The notes beneath the pieces were generated by a model that saw nothing but the letters and a program-made list of their open reading frames with translations, did not search any database and was not told the DNA's origin. A DNA stretch of 34,978 nucleotides from the IMG/VR virus record IMGVR_UViG_3300032312_000081, positions 1 to 34,978 of that record. One strand, written 5' to 3'. A program made the position numbers and the translations under genes. Numbering within the stretch: the first letter of the stretch is position 1; every line of letters starts with the position of its first letter. Source of the stretch: a virus. Lineage: Duplodnaviria > Caudoviricetes. Below are positions 25,251 to 34,978 of this stretch, piece by piece.

Positions 25251-26587
25251 AAATAGTTGAGAAATCAGTAGAAACCCTGATTCCCTACATAAAAAACAGC
25301 CGAACTCACTCTGATGCACAAATAGCCCAAATAGCGGCAAGCATTAAAGAGTTTGGCTGGACTAACCCTATTCTTGTAGATGGTGAAAACGGCATAATTG
25401 CTGGTCATGGAAGGTTAATGGCGGCAAGAAAATTGGGCCATACTAAAGTGCCTGTCATTGAATTAAAAGATATGACGGAAACACAAAAAAAGGCTTATAT
25501 CATTGCCGATAACCAACTGGCTATGAATTCAGGATGGGACACCAGCTTATTGACGTTAGAGCTTACTGACTTACAGGCTGATGGTTTTAATCTAGAGTTG
25601 CTAGGATTTGACACGAAAGAGCTAAATGCGCTATTGGAGCCTGAAGTTGTAGAAGGGCTAACTGATGAGGATGCGGTTCCTGATGTGCCTGACGAACCAA
25701 AGACTAAGCCTGGCGATATATATGAACTTGGCAATCACAGGCTAATGTGTGGCGATGGAAAATCATTTGAAAATGTAACCACATTACTTGACAACAAATT
25801 AATAAATTTAGCTTTTACATCTCCGCCTTATGCCGCTCAAAGAGAATATGATCAAAATTCTGAATTTAAACCAATAAAACCAAATGAATATGTTGATTGG
25901 TATCAAGATATTGCGGCAAATATTATGGTTAATTTATCTTCAGATGGTTCCTATTTTTGTAATATTAAACCTAATGCTGAAGACATAAAAAGAGAACTTT
26001 ATGTTTTTGATTTAGTGTTAGCTCATGTTAGAGAATGGGGCTGGAATTTTGCAGATGAATTTTGTTGGGAAAGATCGGGAATACCACAACAAGTAACTAG
26101 AAGATTCAAAAATGGTTTTGAGCCTATTTATCATTTTACTAAGGGTGATTGGAAATTTAATCCTGAAAATGTAAGGCATAAATCAAAATCAGTTCCTAAA
26201 GCAAAAGGCAAAGGAGCTGGAAATACTAGTGCCGCTAAAAGACAAGGATTGGTATCAGCGGTTGAAGGAAACATTATTGAAGAAGGTTTGGCATATCCAA
26301 GTAATAGATTGCCACCTTTTCAATCTGAAGCATTAGGCCATCCTGCGGCATTTCCAGTAGGTTTAGTTGAGTTTTTTATTAAAGCTTATACATATAACAA
26401 CGATATAGTTTTTGATCCATTTATGGGTAGTGGTTCAACAATAATTGCGGCTGAAAAAAATGGAAGATGTGCATATGGCACAGAAATTAGCCCAAAATAT
26501 TGTGATTTAATAATTAGGCGTTGGGAAGAATTTACTGGTGGAAAAGCTAAGCTATTGAATTCACAAGATAATACTGTTAATGTTTAA
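25247..26587 (+). CDS. ParB/Srx N-terminal domain fused to a beta-class N4/N6 DNA methyltransferase
   Basis: PYIKNSRTH, SIKEFGWTNPIL, IIAGHGRL and IADN (ParB-like); HRLMCGD, TSPPY, HPAAFP, DPFMGSGST and EISPKYCD (MTase). Confidence 0.9.
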   Translation: MKIVEKSVETLIPYIKNSRTHSDAQIAQIAASIKEFGWTNPILVDGENGIIAGHGRLMAARKLGHTKVPVIELKDMTETQKKAYIIADNQLAMNSGWDTSLLTLELTDLQADGFNLELLGFDTKELNALLEPEVVEGLTDEDAVPDVPDEPKTKPGDIYELGNHRLMCGDGKSFENVTTLLDNKLINLAFTSPPYAAQREYDQNSEFKPIKPNEYVDWYQDIAANIMVNLSSDGSYFCNIKPNAEDIKRELYVFDLVLAHVREWGWNFADEFCWERSGIPQQVTRRFKNGFEPIYHFTKGDWKFNPENVRHKSKSVPKAKGKGAGNTSAAKRQGLVSAVEGNIIEEGLAYPSNRLPPFQSEALGHPAAFPVGLVEFFIKAYTYNNDIVFDPFMGSGSTIIAAEKNGRCAYGTEISPKYCDLIIRRWEEFTGGKAKLLNSQDNTVNV

Positions 26588-26612
26588 GTATATTTCCCCT
26601 CCATAAAAGAAA

Positions 26613-26954
26613 ATGCCCTCATTACACGAACCTACCGAGAATTCTAGAAAGCAAGTGGAAACATCCGCAGGGCTTGGGTTGCCGCATGAGCAGATAGCGG
26701 CATTGGTTGGTATTGACGATAAAACGCTTAGAAAGCACTACAGGACCGAACTAGATATAGGGAAAGCTAAAGCTTCTGCAAGCATAGCCAGGTCGTTATA
26801 TAACAAAGCGTTAGGCGGTGATACCACAGCAATGATTTGGTGGACTAAAGCCCAAATGCGCTGGTCTGAAACCGTTAAGCAAGAGCTCACAGGCGCAGAT
26901 GGCGTAGAACTTACTGGTATTACTGTTAATTTTGTAAAGCCTGATGACAGATGA
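26613..26954 (+). CDS. terS: Terminase small subunit
   Basis: HTH (QIAALVGIDDKTLRKHY), GDTTAMIWW.K, ELTGADG; directly upstream of TerL. Confidence 0.8.
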   Translation: MPSLHEPTENSRKQVETSAGLGLPHEQIAALVGIDDKTLRKHYRTELDIGKAKASASIARSLYNKALGGDTTAMIWWTKAQMRWSETVKQELTGADGVELTGITVNFVKPDDR

Positions 26955-28227
26955 AATAGCCAGCACTAATGGCATCGCTGACTTTCCTGAGAAACTATCA
27001 TGCTTATTTGAGCCTGAGTACAGCCGCTATCGTGTGTTGTTTGGTGGTCGTGGTGGGGCTAAGTCTTGGGGCATTGCTAGGGCTTTGCTTATTAAAGCGG
27101 CTCGTCAGCCTTTGCGTATTCTTTGTGCTCGAGAGTTTCAAACATCTATTAAAGATTCGGTGCATAAGTTACTAAGCGACCAAATTTTTGCTATGGGTAT
27201 GCAGGGCTTATATGAGATAACTCAAAACTCCATTAGAGGTAAAAACGGTTCAGAGTTTGCTTTTATTGGATTAAAAAACAACATAGCCAATGTAAAAAGT
27301 TATGAAGGAGTGGATATTGCGTGGGTTGAGGAGGCCAACACAACATCAAAGCTGTCCTGGAGCACTTTAATACCTACTATTCGTAAAGAAAAGTCTGAAA
27401 TATGGGTATCCTTTAATCCTGAACTCGAAACCGATGAAACTTATCAAAGGTTTGTGGTTAGCCCTCCTGAAGGCGCAATAGTACAAAAGATTAACTGGTC
27501 AGACAATCCTTGGTTTCCTGAAACATTGCGGCTTGAAAAAGATGCTTTGTTTGCTAGGGACAGAGAAGCTTACAACACAGTTTGGGAAGGAATGTGCCGC
27601 CAAACAGTTGATGGGGCTATCTTTGCTAAAGAAATGCAACAAGCTGAGTTTGAAGGCAGGATCACAAGAGTGCCTTATGAGTCTTTAAAGCCTGTATTGG
27701 CTGTATTTGATATTGGATGGGCCGATGCAACTGCGGTGTGGTTTGTGCAATTTGTAGGAATGGAAACCAGGTTGATTCGTTACTATGAAACAACACAAAC
27801 CACAATAAGCCAAATACTAGCCAAGATGCAAACCTTTGGATATGTCTATGACACCTTATATTTGCCCCATGATGCTCAAAATAAAACGCTTGCCGCTAAT
27901 GGCAGAAGTATTGAGGAAATAGTTAGGGCGGCTGGATACAATGTACGCATCATTGATCGCACTCCAATCGTTGATTCAATCAATGCCGCTAGGACAATAT
28001 TCCCTAAATGCTATTTTGATAGAGAAAATACGCATGAAGGATTACAATGCCTTAGACATTATCGCTACGATGTGAACCCTGATACAGGCAACTTCAGTCA
28101 AAAGCCCTTACACGACAATTACAGTCATGGAGCCGATGCGTTCAGATATATTGGTTTAATGATTAATGAGCCAAAGCAATATAAGAAAAAACAAATAAAT
28201 TACCAAACAAGTAGCTGGATGTCTTAA
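26944..28227 (+). CDS. terL: Terminase large subunit (PBSX/Terminase_3 type)
   Basis: Walker A GGRGGAKS, CARE.Q.SI.DSV, Walker B WVEEA, SFNP; nuclease motifs DIG..D and HGADAFRY. Confidence 0.95.
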   Translation: MTDEIASTNGIADFPEKLSCLFEPEYSRYRVLFGGRGGAKSWGIARALLIKAARQPLRILCAREFQTSIKDSVHKLLSDQIFAMGMQGLYEITQNSIRGKNGSEFAFIGLKNNIANVKSYEGVDIAWVEEANTTSKLSWSTLIPTIRKEKSEIWVSFNPELETDETYQRFVVSPPEGAIVQKINWSDNPWFPETLRLEKDALFARDREAYNTVWEGMCRQTVDGAIFAKEMQQAEFEGRITRVPYESLKPVLAVFDIGWADATAVWFVQFVGMETRLIRYYETTQTTISQILAKMQTFGYVYDTLYLPHDAQNKTLAANGRSIEEIVRAAGYNVRIIDRTPIVDSINAARTIFPKCYFDRENTHEGLQCLRHYRYDVNPDTGNFSQKPLHDNYSHGADAFRYIGLMINEPKQYKKKQINYQTSSWMS

Positions 28228-28257
28228 ACTACTGAAAATATGATATAAGGACAATCT

Positions 28258-30339
28258 ATGGGTATCTACGATTCAGACTACACAGATAATAGCGATGAAG
28301 GTATTATCGAACAAGCCAAGCAATTCTTAAACTTTTGCTCAGACAATGATTCAAATAATCGTGTTGAGGCAATGGAAGATTTAAAGTTTGCTGGTGGTGA
28401 CCAATGGCCTGTAGATATACAAAATAGCCGTCAGTTAGAAACTAGACCTTGTTTAACTATTAATAAAATTGATGCCTATTGCCGTCAAATTGCTAACAGC
28501 CAACGCCAACAAAGACCTAGGATTAAATGTCATGGCATAAATACACAGTCTGATGCCAAAATTGCTGAAATTATTACTGGTATATGCCGCCATGTAGAGG
28601 AGCAAAGCGATGCTGATGCCGCTTATGACAATGCTTTTGATTTTGCTGTTCGTATGGGTTGGGGCTACTGGCGTGTTATTACTGACTATGTTCGACCTAA
28701 CAGTTTCGACCAAGAAATTTACATCAAGCGTATTGAAAACCCATTTATGGTTTATTTCGACCCTAATAGCAATGAGCCTGATGGTTCAGATGCAGAAAAG
28801 TGCTTGATTACTGAATTTATAAGCAAAGAAGCTTTTAAAAAGATGTATCCTGATGCGGAAACTGATGCAGGGTTTACACCTAGAGGAACTGGTGATTCGC
28901 AATCCGAATGGATTACTAAAGAAGATATTCGCATTGCAGAATACTTTTACACCGAATACAAACATACCAAATTGGTGCTTTTAAGCGATGGCACTACTGT
29001 TTATGCTGATGAAATGCCAAGCCAGGATATGATGCTTGCCGCTGGTATTTATGAGGTAAGCCGCAGAGTTACCGTTAAAAAGCAAATTAAGTGGGTAAAA
29101 CTAACTGGAATGCAAATCTTAGAAAGTCGTGATTGGGCTGGCAAATACATTCCTGTTGTGCCTGTTTATGGTCAGCAGTTGGTTGTAGATAGCAAGAAAA
29201 AGAAGTTTGGCCTTACTCGTATGGCTAAAGACCCACAAAGAATGTATAACTTTTGGTCTACTGCCCTTACAGAATCAGTTGCCTTGGCTCCTAAAGCTAA
29301 ATGGCTATTGGCTGAAGGTCAAGATGAAGGCCATGAAGATGAATGGACACAAGCTAATATTAAATCCATGCCTGTATTGCGTTACAAGCAAACAGACAGC
29401 GAAGGCAGACCAGCAGGAGTGCCTACAAGACTTCAGCCTGAACCGCCTCCTACTGGCATAACAACAGCGTTGGCGGGTTTAAATGCGGATTTAATGGCAG
29501 TTGTAGGTATTTATGACCCAAGCCAGTTGCCACAAGGTAATCAGTCAGGGAAAGCAATCCAAGGTCAGCAACAACAGACCGACATGACCAATTTCCATTA
29601 TTACGATAATTTAACCCGTTCTATTAAACAAACTGGGCGCATTATTCTTGACCTAATTCCTCATGTTTACGACAAGGAACGATGCTTACGCATTATTGGT
29701 GATGATGGTAAAGGTGAAATGATTACGGTTAATCAGCCGTCAGTTAATGATGAAGGCGTAGAAACATTGCTAAACGATGTAACTGTTGGTGAATACGATG
29801 TAGTCATGGAAACAGGCCCAGGTTATAACTCTAAACGCCAAGAAGCTGTCGATTCTATGATTCAAATGCTACAAGTAGACCCTAATTTAATGCAACAAGC
29901 TGGTGATTTAGTCTTTAGAAACATGGACTTTCCAGGTGCTGAAACCATTGCGGATCGCTTGGCGGCGGCTAATCCATTGGCTCAAATTGATGAAAAATCA
30001 GATATTCCGCCACAAGTTCAGATGCAGTTGGCACAAAGCCAACAAGTTATCCAGCAGTTGCAACAACAATTACAAGCTATGCAAATGGATATGAAGTATG
30101 GTGCTTCTGTTAAACAACAACAGGAAGAAGCCGAAACTGCTCGTAAGCGCATGGATGTTGATGCTCGTATGGCAGGCACACAAATGCAAGTGGAAGCTAA
30201 AGCAAATGACACAGTTATTGATAGTGAAACAAGGCTTGAAATTGAGCGCATGAAAGCCCAATTAGCCCTTATATTGTCAAAAATTGATGAACGGTCAGAA
30301 AGAGCAACAGATAGAGAAGCAATAGAAAGAGCTATTTAA
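28258..30339 (+). CDS. P22-like portal protein
   Basis: DLKFAGGDQWP, RPCLTINKI, KDPQRMYN, SGKAI, GEYDV...GP; long C-terminal Gln-rich helix. Confidence 0.92.
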   Translation: MGIYDSDYTDNSDEGIIEQAKQFLNFCSDNDSNNRVEAMEDLKFAGGDQWPVDIQNSRQLETRPCLTINKIDAYCRQIANSQRQQRPRIKCHGINTQSDAKIAEIITGICRHVEEQSDADAAYDNAFDFAVRMGWGYWRVITDYVRPNSFDQEIYIKRIENPFMVYFDPNSNEPDGSDAEKCLITEFISKEAFKKMYPDAETDAGFTPRGTGDSQSEWITKEDIRIAEYFYTEYKHTKLVLLSDGTTVYADEMPSQDMMLAAGIYEVSRRVTVKKQIKWVKLTGMQILESRDWAGKYIPVVPVYGQQLVVDSKKKKFGLTRMAKDPQRMYNFWSTALTESVALAPKAKWLLAEGQDEGHEDEWTQANIKSMPVLRYKQTDSEGRPAGVPTRLQPEPPPTGITTALAGLNADLMAVVGIYDPSQLPQGNQSGKAIQGQQQQTDMTNFHYYDNLTRSIKQTGRIILDLIPHVYDKERCLRIIGDDGKGEMITVNQPSVNDEGVETLLNDVTVGEYDVVMETGPGYNSKRQEAVDSMIQMLQVDPNLMQQAGDLVFRNMDFPGAETIADRLAAANPLAQIDEKSDIPPQVQMQLAQSQQVIQQLQQQLQAMQMDMKYGASVKQQQEEAETARKRMDVDARMAGTQMQVEAKANDTVIDSETRLEIERMKAQLALILSKIDERSERATDREAIERAI

Positions 30340-30351
30340 TCGGAGAAAAAC

Positions 30352-30534
30352 ATGGCTACAGTAATCGGAGCAAACAGAGAAGAATGGATTTTAAAAGAAA
30401 TGGCTCGTAGGGCTGGCAAGAAGTATGAGCCTGAAGAACCAAAAAGCATTTATGAAAATATGGATGCTAAACAGATAAAAGAACACGAAACTATGCTACA
30501 AAAAGCAAAAGAAGCGTTACAATCTGACGAATAA
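30352..30534 (+). CDS. Hypothetical protein
   Basis: RBS GGAG; 60 aa between portal and scaffold. Confidence 0.6.
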   Translation: MATVIGANREEWILKEMARRAGKKYEPEEPKSIYENMDAKQIKEHETMLQKAKEALQSDE

Positions 30535-30598
30535 TAAATTGACATTTATTTTTTAGTAGTTTAAAAATGACTTATATAAATCAGGAGCTTGAGAAATC

Positions 30599-31501
30599 AT
30601 GGCCGATACAGAAGCAAGAGAAGCATCAAATGTAGTAACAAGTAGTAATGCGGCAGACTTTTATGCAGAAAGATTAGGTTTAGCGGAAGTTCAAGAGGAG
30701 CCTGCGGCTGTCGAACAGACAGAGCCAGTAGCCGAAGAAGAACAACTGAGTGAGCCGATAGCAGAGGAAGAAGCTACTGAGGCAGAAAAGCCAAAAGACA
30801 AGTTAGAAAAGCGGTTCTCGAAAGTAACCAAAAGGGCTCAGGATGCTGAAGCCAGGGCGGAACAACTAGAGGCTCGTTTAAGAGAAGTAGAGGCAAGGGC
30901 AAATCCGCAAACAATAGCTCAAACAGCTAATGTAAACGATAAGCCACAAGCAAGCCAATTCGATGATGCTTTTGAATATGCAGAAGCCTTGGCGGAATGG
31001 AGTGCTGAAAAAGCATTAAAAGATAGAGATATTGCAGAATCACAGCGTAAAGCTGAAGAAGAACGGAACAAGGTTTTAAAATCTTGGAACGATAAGGTTG
31101 ATAAGGCAAAGAAGGAAATACCTGATTTTAATGACATTGTGTCTAGTAGCACCGTTGTAGTAAGCGATGCAATTAGAGATGCCATTTTGGAATCAGATGT
31201 TGGCCCTCAAATCCTATATCAAATTGCTTCTGATGATGATTATGCTGAATCTTTAACTTCAATGTCAGCCATTAAAGCTCTTAAAGAAATTGGTCGATTG
31301 GAAGCTAAATTTGAGGCAGAGCTAGAAGCTACGCCAAAAAAGGAAGCGAAAACTGTTTCGCAAAGTAAAGCACCAGCACCTATTAGCCCTTTGAAGGGCG
31401 GTAAATCCGCTGGAGCAGATGTACTTGTGGACACCAATGGTGAATTCTACGGTTCGTATGCTCAATGGAAAGCCGCAAGACAGGCTAATCGGATACGCTG
31501 A
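30599..31501 (+). CDS. Scaffolding protein
   Basis: Acidic coiled coil between portal and coat; SDVGPQILY, EIGRLEA, SKAPAPI.P; basic C-terminus. Confidence 0.8.
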   Translation: MADTEAREASNVVTSSNAADFYAERLGLAEVQEEPAAVEQTEPVAEEEQLSEPIAEEEATEAEKPKDKLEKRFSKVTKRAQDAEARAEQLEARLREVEARANPQTIAQTANVNDKPQASQFDDAFEYAEALAEWSAEKALKDRDIAESQRKAEEERNKVLKSWNDKVDKAKKEIPDFNDIVSSSTVVVSDAIRDAILESDVGPQILYQIASDDDYAESLTSMSAIKALKEIGRLEAKFEAELEATPKKEAKTVSQSKAPAPISPLKGGKSAGADVLVDTNGEFYGSYAQWKAARQANRIR

Positions 31502-31530
31502 TAAACCTAATTTTTTTGGAGATTTAAATC

Positions 31531-32805
31531 ATGGCAAATACGCTATTAACTATCTCGAAGATCACCAACGAAGCGTTGATGGTCCTCGAAAACGAATTAA
31601 CATTCTCATCACAAGTAGACCGTAACTATGACGATCAGTTCGCTGTAGTTGGTGCAAAAATTGGCGCAACAGTCAATGTACGCCGCCCAGGTCGCTTTAT
31701 TGGTACTACTGGTCCTGCTCTTAATGTAGAAGACTTGAATGAAACTTCAGTCCCTGTAACATTAAGCACTCAGTTCCATGTGGATACACAATTTACAACT
31801 CAAGACTTAGCTTTGTCTTTGGATATGTTCTCTGATCGTATTCTAAAGCCAGCAGTTGCGGCTATTGCTAACAAAATCGACTTTGACGGCACAACAATGG
31901 CAACATTGAATACAGCTAACATCGTTGGTACTGCTGGTACGCCTCCAACTGGTTTGCTAACTTACCTAAATGCACAGGCTTTCCTTGATTCTGAAGGTGC
32001 TCCTCGTGATGGTAAGCGTTCTTGTATCGTTGAGCCGTTCACATCCGCAACCATCGTAGACAGCTTGAAAGGTTTGTTTGTTCCAACAGCACAAATCTCT
32101 AGCCAGTACACTAAAGGTTTGATGGGTCGAGACAGTTCAGGTATGGATTGGAAACTTGACCAAAACATCGTGTCACAAACTTTCGGTAACTTCTCAACAA
32201 ACACAGTTACTGCATCTGTAAACACTACAACTGCAACTGGTTTCTTGGCATCAGGCTGGGCTTCACAGTCCACAATCACTTTGACAGCCGCCAATACTGG
32301 TACTATCAACTTGAACGCTGGTGACACATTTACCATTGCTGGTGTATTTGCAGTAAACCCACAAAACCGTCAAGCTTACGGCACAAACAGATTGCGTTCA
32401 TTTGTAGTTAAGTCTGCTGTATCAGTAGCTTCAGGTTCAAGCGTTTCTGTAACTGTTTCTCCTGCTATTATCAGCGGTGGTCAGTTCCAAAATGTGACAA
32501 TTCCTTCAACTTCAGCAACTGCCGCTGTTACCTTCTTTGCAAGCCAGTACAATGCAAGCGGTAATGGTGTAGTTTCTCCACAAAACATCGTAATGCACAA
32601 AAATGCGTTTACTTTGGCTATGGCTGACTTGGAATTGCCTGAAGGCGTTCATTTTGCTGGTCGTGCAAGCGATAAGGAAATTGGTCTTTCAATGCGTGTG
32701 GTTCGTCAATACACCATCAACAACGATTCTATTCCGACTCGTGTTGATGTATTGTATGGCTGGGCTCCTTTGTACCAAGAACTTGCTTGCCGAGTTGCGG
32801 CTTAA
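31531..32805 (+). CDS. Major capsid protein, P22 gp5 coat family
   Basis: MANTLLT...ITNEALMVLENEL, KIGATVNVRRP, GDTFTIAGV and RVDVLYGW. Confidence 0.93.
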   Translation: MANTLLTISKITNEALMVLENELTFSSQVDRNYDDQFAVVGAKIGATVNVRRPGRFIGTTGPALNVEDLNETSVPVTLSTQFHVDTQFTTQDLALSLDMFSDRILKPAVAAIANKIDFDGTTMATLNTANIVGTAGTPPTGLLTYLNAQAFLDSEGAPRDGKRSCIVEPFTSATIVDSLKGLFVPTAQISSQYTKGLMGRDSSGMDWKLDQNIVSQTFGNFSTNTVTASVNTTTATGFLASGWASQSTITLTAANTGTINLNAGDTFTIAGVFAVNPQNRQAYGTNRLRSFVVKSAVSVASGSSVSVTVSPAIISGGQFQNVTIPSTSATAAVTFFASQYNASGNGVVSPQNIVMHKNAFTLAMADLELPEGVHFAGRASDKEIGLSMRVVRQYTINNDSIPTRVDVLYGWAPLYQELACRVAA

Positions 32806-32809
32806 TAAT

Positions 32810-32834
32810 GGAGGGGCGAAAGCCCTTCCTTTTT
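32810..32834 (+). terminator. Rho-independent terminator after the coat gene
   Basis: GGAGGGGC-GAAA-GCCCTTCC-TTTTT. Confidence 0.8.
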
Positions 32835-32856
32835 AATTAATTTAAAGGAAATAATC

Positions 32857-33300
32857 ATGGCAAATCCAGGACCAGCAGTAACCTCATCAGCACATCCATC
32901 GAATGTAACGACAAGCCAAACACTACGCTTGATCGCTACAATCAAAAATGTGAACGCAAACGCTATTGCAAGCTACAAAATGCCAGTAGTTAATAGCTCT
33001 GTTTTTCTACCACAAAGCTTAATTGTTACTAACCTAAACAACGCTGGTGCGGCTGTAACGCCTACTGGTTTAGCATTAGGCGTAGCAACAACTTCAGGTG
33101 GTTCAAGCCTATATGGTGCAATTACAGCGGCTAACTTAGCTTCTGTTGTAGGTGTATCTTTAGTAGCTCCTACTGCACAAACGACTGCAACTACTGTTGA
33201 TAACCTATTCTTAAATGTAACTGCTGGACTGACTACTGCGGTAGCTGGTGCAACATTTGATGTTTATGTATATGGTTACGACTTTAGCGTTTCAAACTAA
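32857..33300 (+). CDS. Putative capsid decoration/auxiliary protein
   Basis: Follows the coat gene, bracketed by terminators; beta-rich, ends FDVYVYGYD. Confidence 0.55.
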   Translation: MANPGPAVTSSAHPSNVTTSQTLRLIATIKNVNANAIASYKMPVVNSSVFLPQSLIVTNLNNAGAAVTPTGLALGVATTSGGSSLYGAITAANLASVVGVSLVAPTAQTTATTVDNLFLNVTAGLTTAVAGATFDVYVYGYDFSVSN

Positions 33301-33317
33301 TACCCTGTAGCAAAAGG

Positions 33318-33350
33318 AAAAGGCCACGCCCAAAAAGTGTGGCTTTTTTT
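33318..33350 (+). terminator. Rho-independent terminator
   Basis: AAAAGGCCACGC-CCAAAAA-GTGTGGCTTTTTTT. Confidence 0.75.
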
Positions 33351-33394
33351 CTTTAATACCCTATAATGATTTAACCTTATTCAAAGGAAAAAAT

Positions 33395-33976
33395 ATGAGC
33401 AATTCAATCGCAACTGGTGTAGCTTATGCCGATCCAGCAATAGTTGGCTACAGCATCGGAACTTCAGGCAATTACCAGCAAGTTACCACTTCAAGCAATG
33501 TAAATTCTGAATATGTAGCTACTTCTGCTACTAATGGCGATACTCGTTTGACCTATAGCCGCCTTAAATTTACAGGCGCAGGATCAGGCGAAACAATCAG
33601 AGCTTATGCTTCTATTACTGTTGCTTCTTCTGCTGTTGGCGGAACTATCAATGGCGCACATATTAGCGTTGGTGTAGATGGTGGCTCAGTTTCAGGTGCT
33701 GCTAACGCTATTCGTGCAACTTTAGGCGCAACTACAGCCGCTCCTGGTGGTACTTTGGCGGCCCTTCAAGTTGATACGGATTTTGCTTCAGGCGTTACAT
33801 TGCCAGGTTCAGCTTCTTGGATTCGTTTTACCGAAAGCGGAACTGCCAAAATGACCAATTTGTTTAATATTCCTGCCGCAATGTTTGTTACAAGCACAGC
33901 TACTATTGCTAAAACAATCAAAGTGGTAGCAAGTGATGGCACTCCTTACTACATTATGTGCGCTTCTGCGGCATGA
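33395..33976 (+). CDS. Putative virion structural protein
   Basis: RBS AAAGGA; Ala/Ser/Thr/Gly-rich beta-repeat character; ends DGTPYYI. Confidence 0.55.
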   Translation: MSNSIATGVAYADPAIVGYSIGTSGNYQQVTTSSNVNSEYVATSATNGDTRLTYSRLKFTGAGSGETIRAYASITVASSAVGGTINGAHISVGVDGGSVSGAANAIRATLGATTAAPGGTLAALQVDTDFASGVTLPGSASWIRFTESGTAKMTNLFNIPAAMFVTSTATIAKTIKVVASDGTPYYIMCASAA

Positions 33977-34122
33977 TAACTAAGGAATTTTTAGAGGCTG
34001 AAATTACTGCCATGCAGACTGAATTAAATAAGGCGCAAGTTTTTTTGGTTCAGACTGAAGCGGTAGTTTCCGCTTATAAAATGTTATTGACTAAGTTTGA
34101 CGAAGAAATAACGAAAGAATAA
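33973..34122 (+). CDS. Small coiled-coil protein (49 aa; not in track)
   Basis: MITKEFLEAEITAMQTELNKAQVFLVQTEAVVSAYKMLLTKFDEEITKE*; ATGA coupling. Confidence 0.55.
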   Translation: MITKEFLEAEITAMQTELNKAQVFLVQTEAVVSAYKMLLTKFDEEITKE

Positions 34123-34124
34123 TT

Positions 34125-34454
34125 ATGTATAACTCAGCTTTTAGCCCTTTTGGGCCTACTTATCAAGTGGGAACATCCGCTGTACAAGTTAAAGCAAGCA
34201 ACAATACTTATCCTACTGCTTACAGGATTATGAATATTACCAGCGGTATTGTTCGTGTTGGTTGGGCTCCACAACTGCCTAATAACGCTACTGTAACGCC
34301 TGTAGTGGCAACTCCTACAACTACTGGTACTTCTTATGTATTGTCTATTCCTGCAAACGGTGTAGCAGTATTTAGCGGAATTCCACCTGATGCTTGGTTT
34401 ATTTCAAATACAGCAACAAGTCTTGAAATTACTCCAGGCGAAGGCATAAATTAA
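34125..34454 (+). CDS. Hypothetical structural protein
   Basis: 109 aa, beta-rich, ends LEITPGEG. Confidence 0.6.
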   Translation: MYNSAFSPFGPTYQVGTSAVQVKASNNTYPTAYRIMNITSGIVRVGWAPQLPNNATVTPVVATPTTTGTSYVLSIPANGVAVFSGIPPDAWFISNTATSLEITPGEGIN

Positions 34455-34463
34455 GGTTTAAAA

Positions 34464-34978
34464 ATGGCGAATCCAGCTAATTCTACCGTTCAGAATTTAC
34501 TTCCTGTTCAGGCTTTCTTTAATGAAGATAAAAGTTTTAATACTTTTATAGGCCAGGGAATACCGTTTTATGCGACTGCTAATCCTATTCAATCAGGATT
34601 AACCATTACTAATAGTACGATTAACAGCACCACTATTGGGGCATTAGTGCCTTCAACTGGTGTATTTAGTAGCGGTCAAGTAAATGCAACTCCTGTAGGT
34701 AATACAGATATTGCAAATAAACAATATGTTGATTTTGTAGCGGCAGGATTAAGCTGGAAACAACCAGTAATAGTAGCAACATTAGCAAATATTACGCTTT
34801 CAGGTTTACAAACCATAGATGGATATACAACGATTGCTGGTGATAGAGTTTTGGTTAAAAACCAAACCAATGCCGCAAACAATGGTATTTATATTGCCGC
34901 TACTGGTGCATGGTCTAGATCAGCCGATGCTGACACTTGGAATGAGTTGGTAGGTGCTATTACTTTTATTTCTTATGG
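34464..34978 (+). CDS. Fibre/structural protein, N-terminal part (3'-truncated; not in track)
   Basis: Open to the window end: MANPANSTVQNLLPVQA...ANKQYVD..AAGLSWK...LSGLQTIDG...GDRVLVKNQT.AANNGIY....GAWSRSADAD, a recognisable phage fibre motif. Confidence 0.75.
   Translation, partial: MANPANSTVQNLLPVQAFFNEDKSFNTFIGQGIPFYATANPIQSGLTITNSTINSTTIGALVPSTGVFSSGQVNATPVGNTDIANKQYVDFVAAGLSWKQPVIVATLANITLSGLQTIDGYTTIAGDRVLVKNQTNAANNGIYIAATGAWSRSADADTWNELVGAITFISY

Noticed and set aside
30539-30567. Promoter upstream of the scaffold gene (TTGACA at 30539)
   Set aside because: The -35 is perfect but the correctly spaced -10 (TAAAAA or AAAAAT) is poor; possible but not supportable.
34464-34978. Direct circular join of the window end to the window start
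   Set aside because: There is no terminal overlap, and a direct join puts the 5' ORF out of frame with base 1 and reaches a TAA after ~14 codons, so sequence is missing.
1-34978. Alternative genetic code or stop-codon reassignment
   Set aside because: Core genes are full length under the standard code, and TAA, TGA and TAG all occur as plausible stops.

Overview
The window is a near-complete (~35 kb), circularly permuted genome of a tailed dsDNA phage. It has P22-like podovirus morphogenesis genes (TerS, TerL, portal, scaffold, coat, gp4- and gp10-like neck proteins, three ejection proteins) and a lambdoid early layout. A leftward recombination operon (Sak/DUF1071, YqaJ exonuclease, SSB-like) diverges from a Cro-like gene, a DUF1376 replication initiator with internal iterons and a nin-like region. 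I found no integrase, CI repressor, helicase, tRNA or CRISPR array. The lysis cassette has holin-like genes, an Rz gene with a fully embedded Rz1 that the ORF track missed, and a GH19 endolysin. Accessory content includes a PAPS-reductase-family protein, a ParB-methyltransferase fusion, GroES, a HiPIP-like/AT-hook protein, an inverted exonuclease plus SprT-like protease pair, a secreted 6-Cys micro-peptide and Gly-rich fibre proteins. Both ends lie in what looks like one fibre gene with a gap between them. All family assignments come from motif recognition by eye, not from database searches, and the host cannot be determined from the sequence (a Gram-negative host is implied by the spanins).
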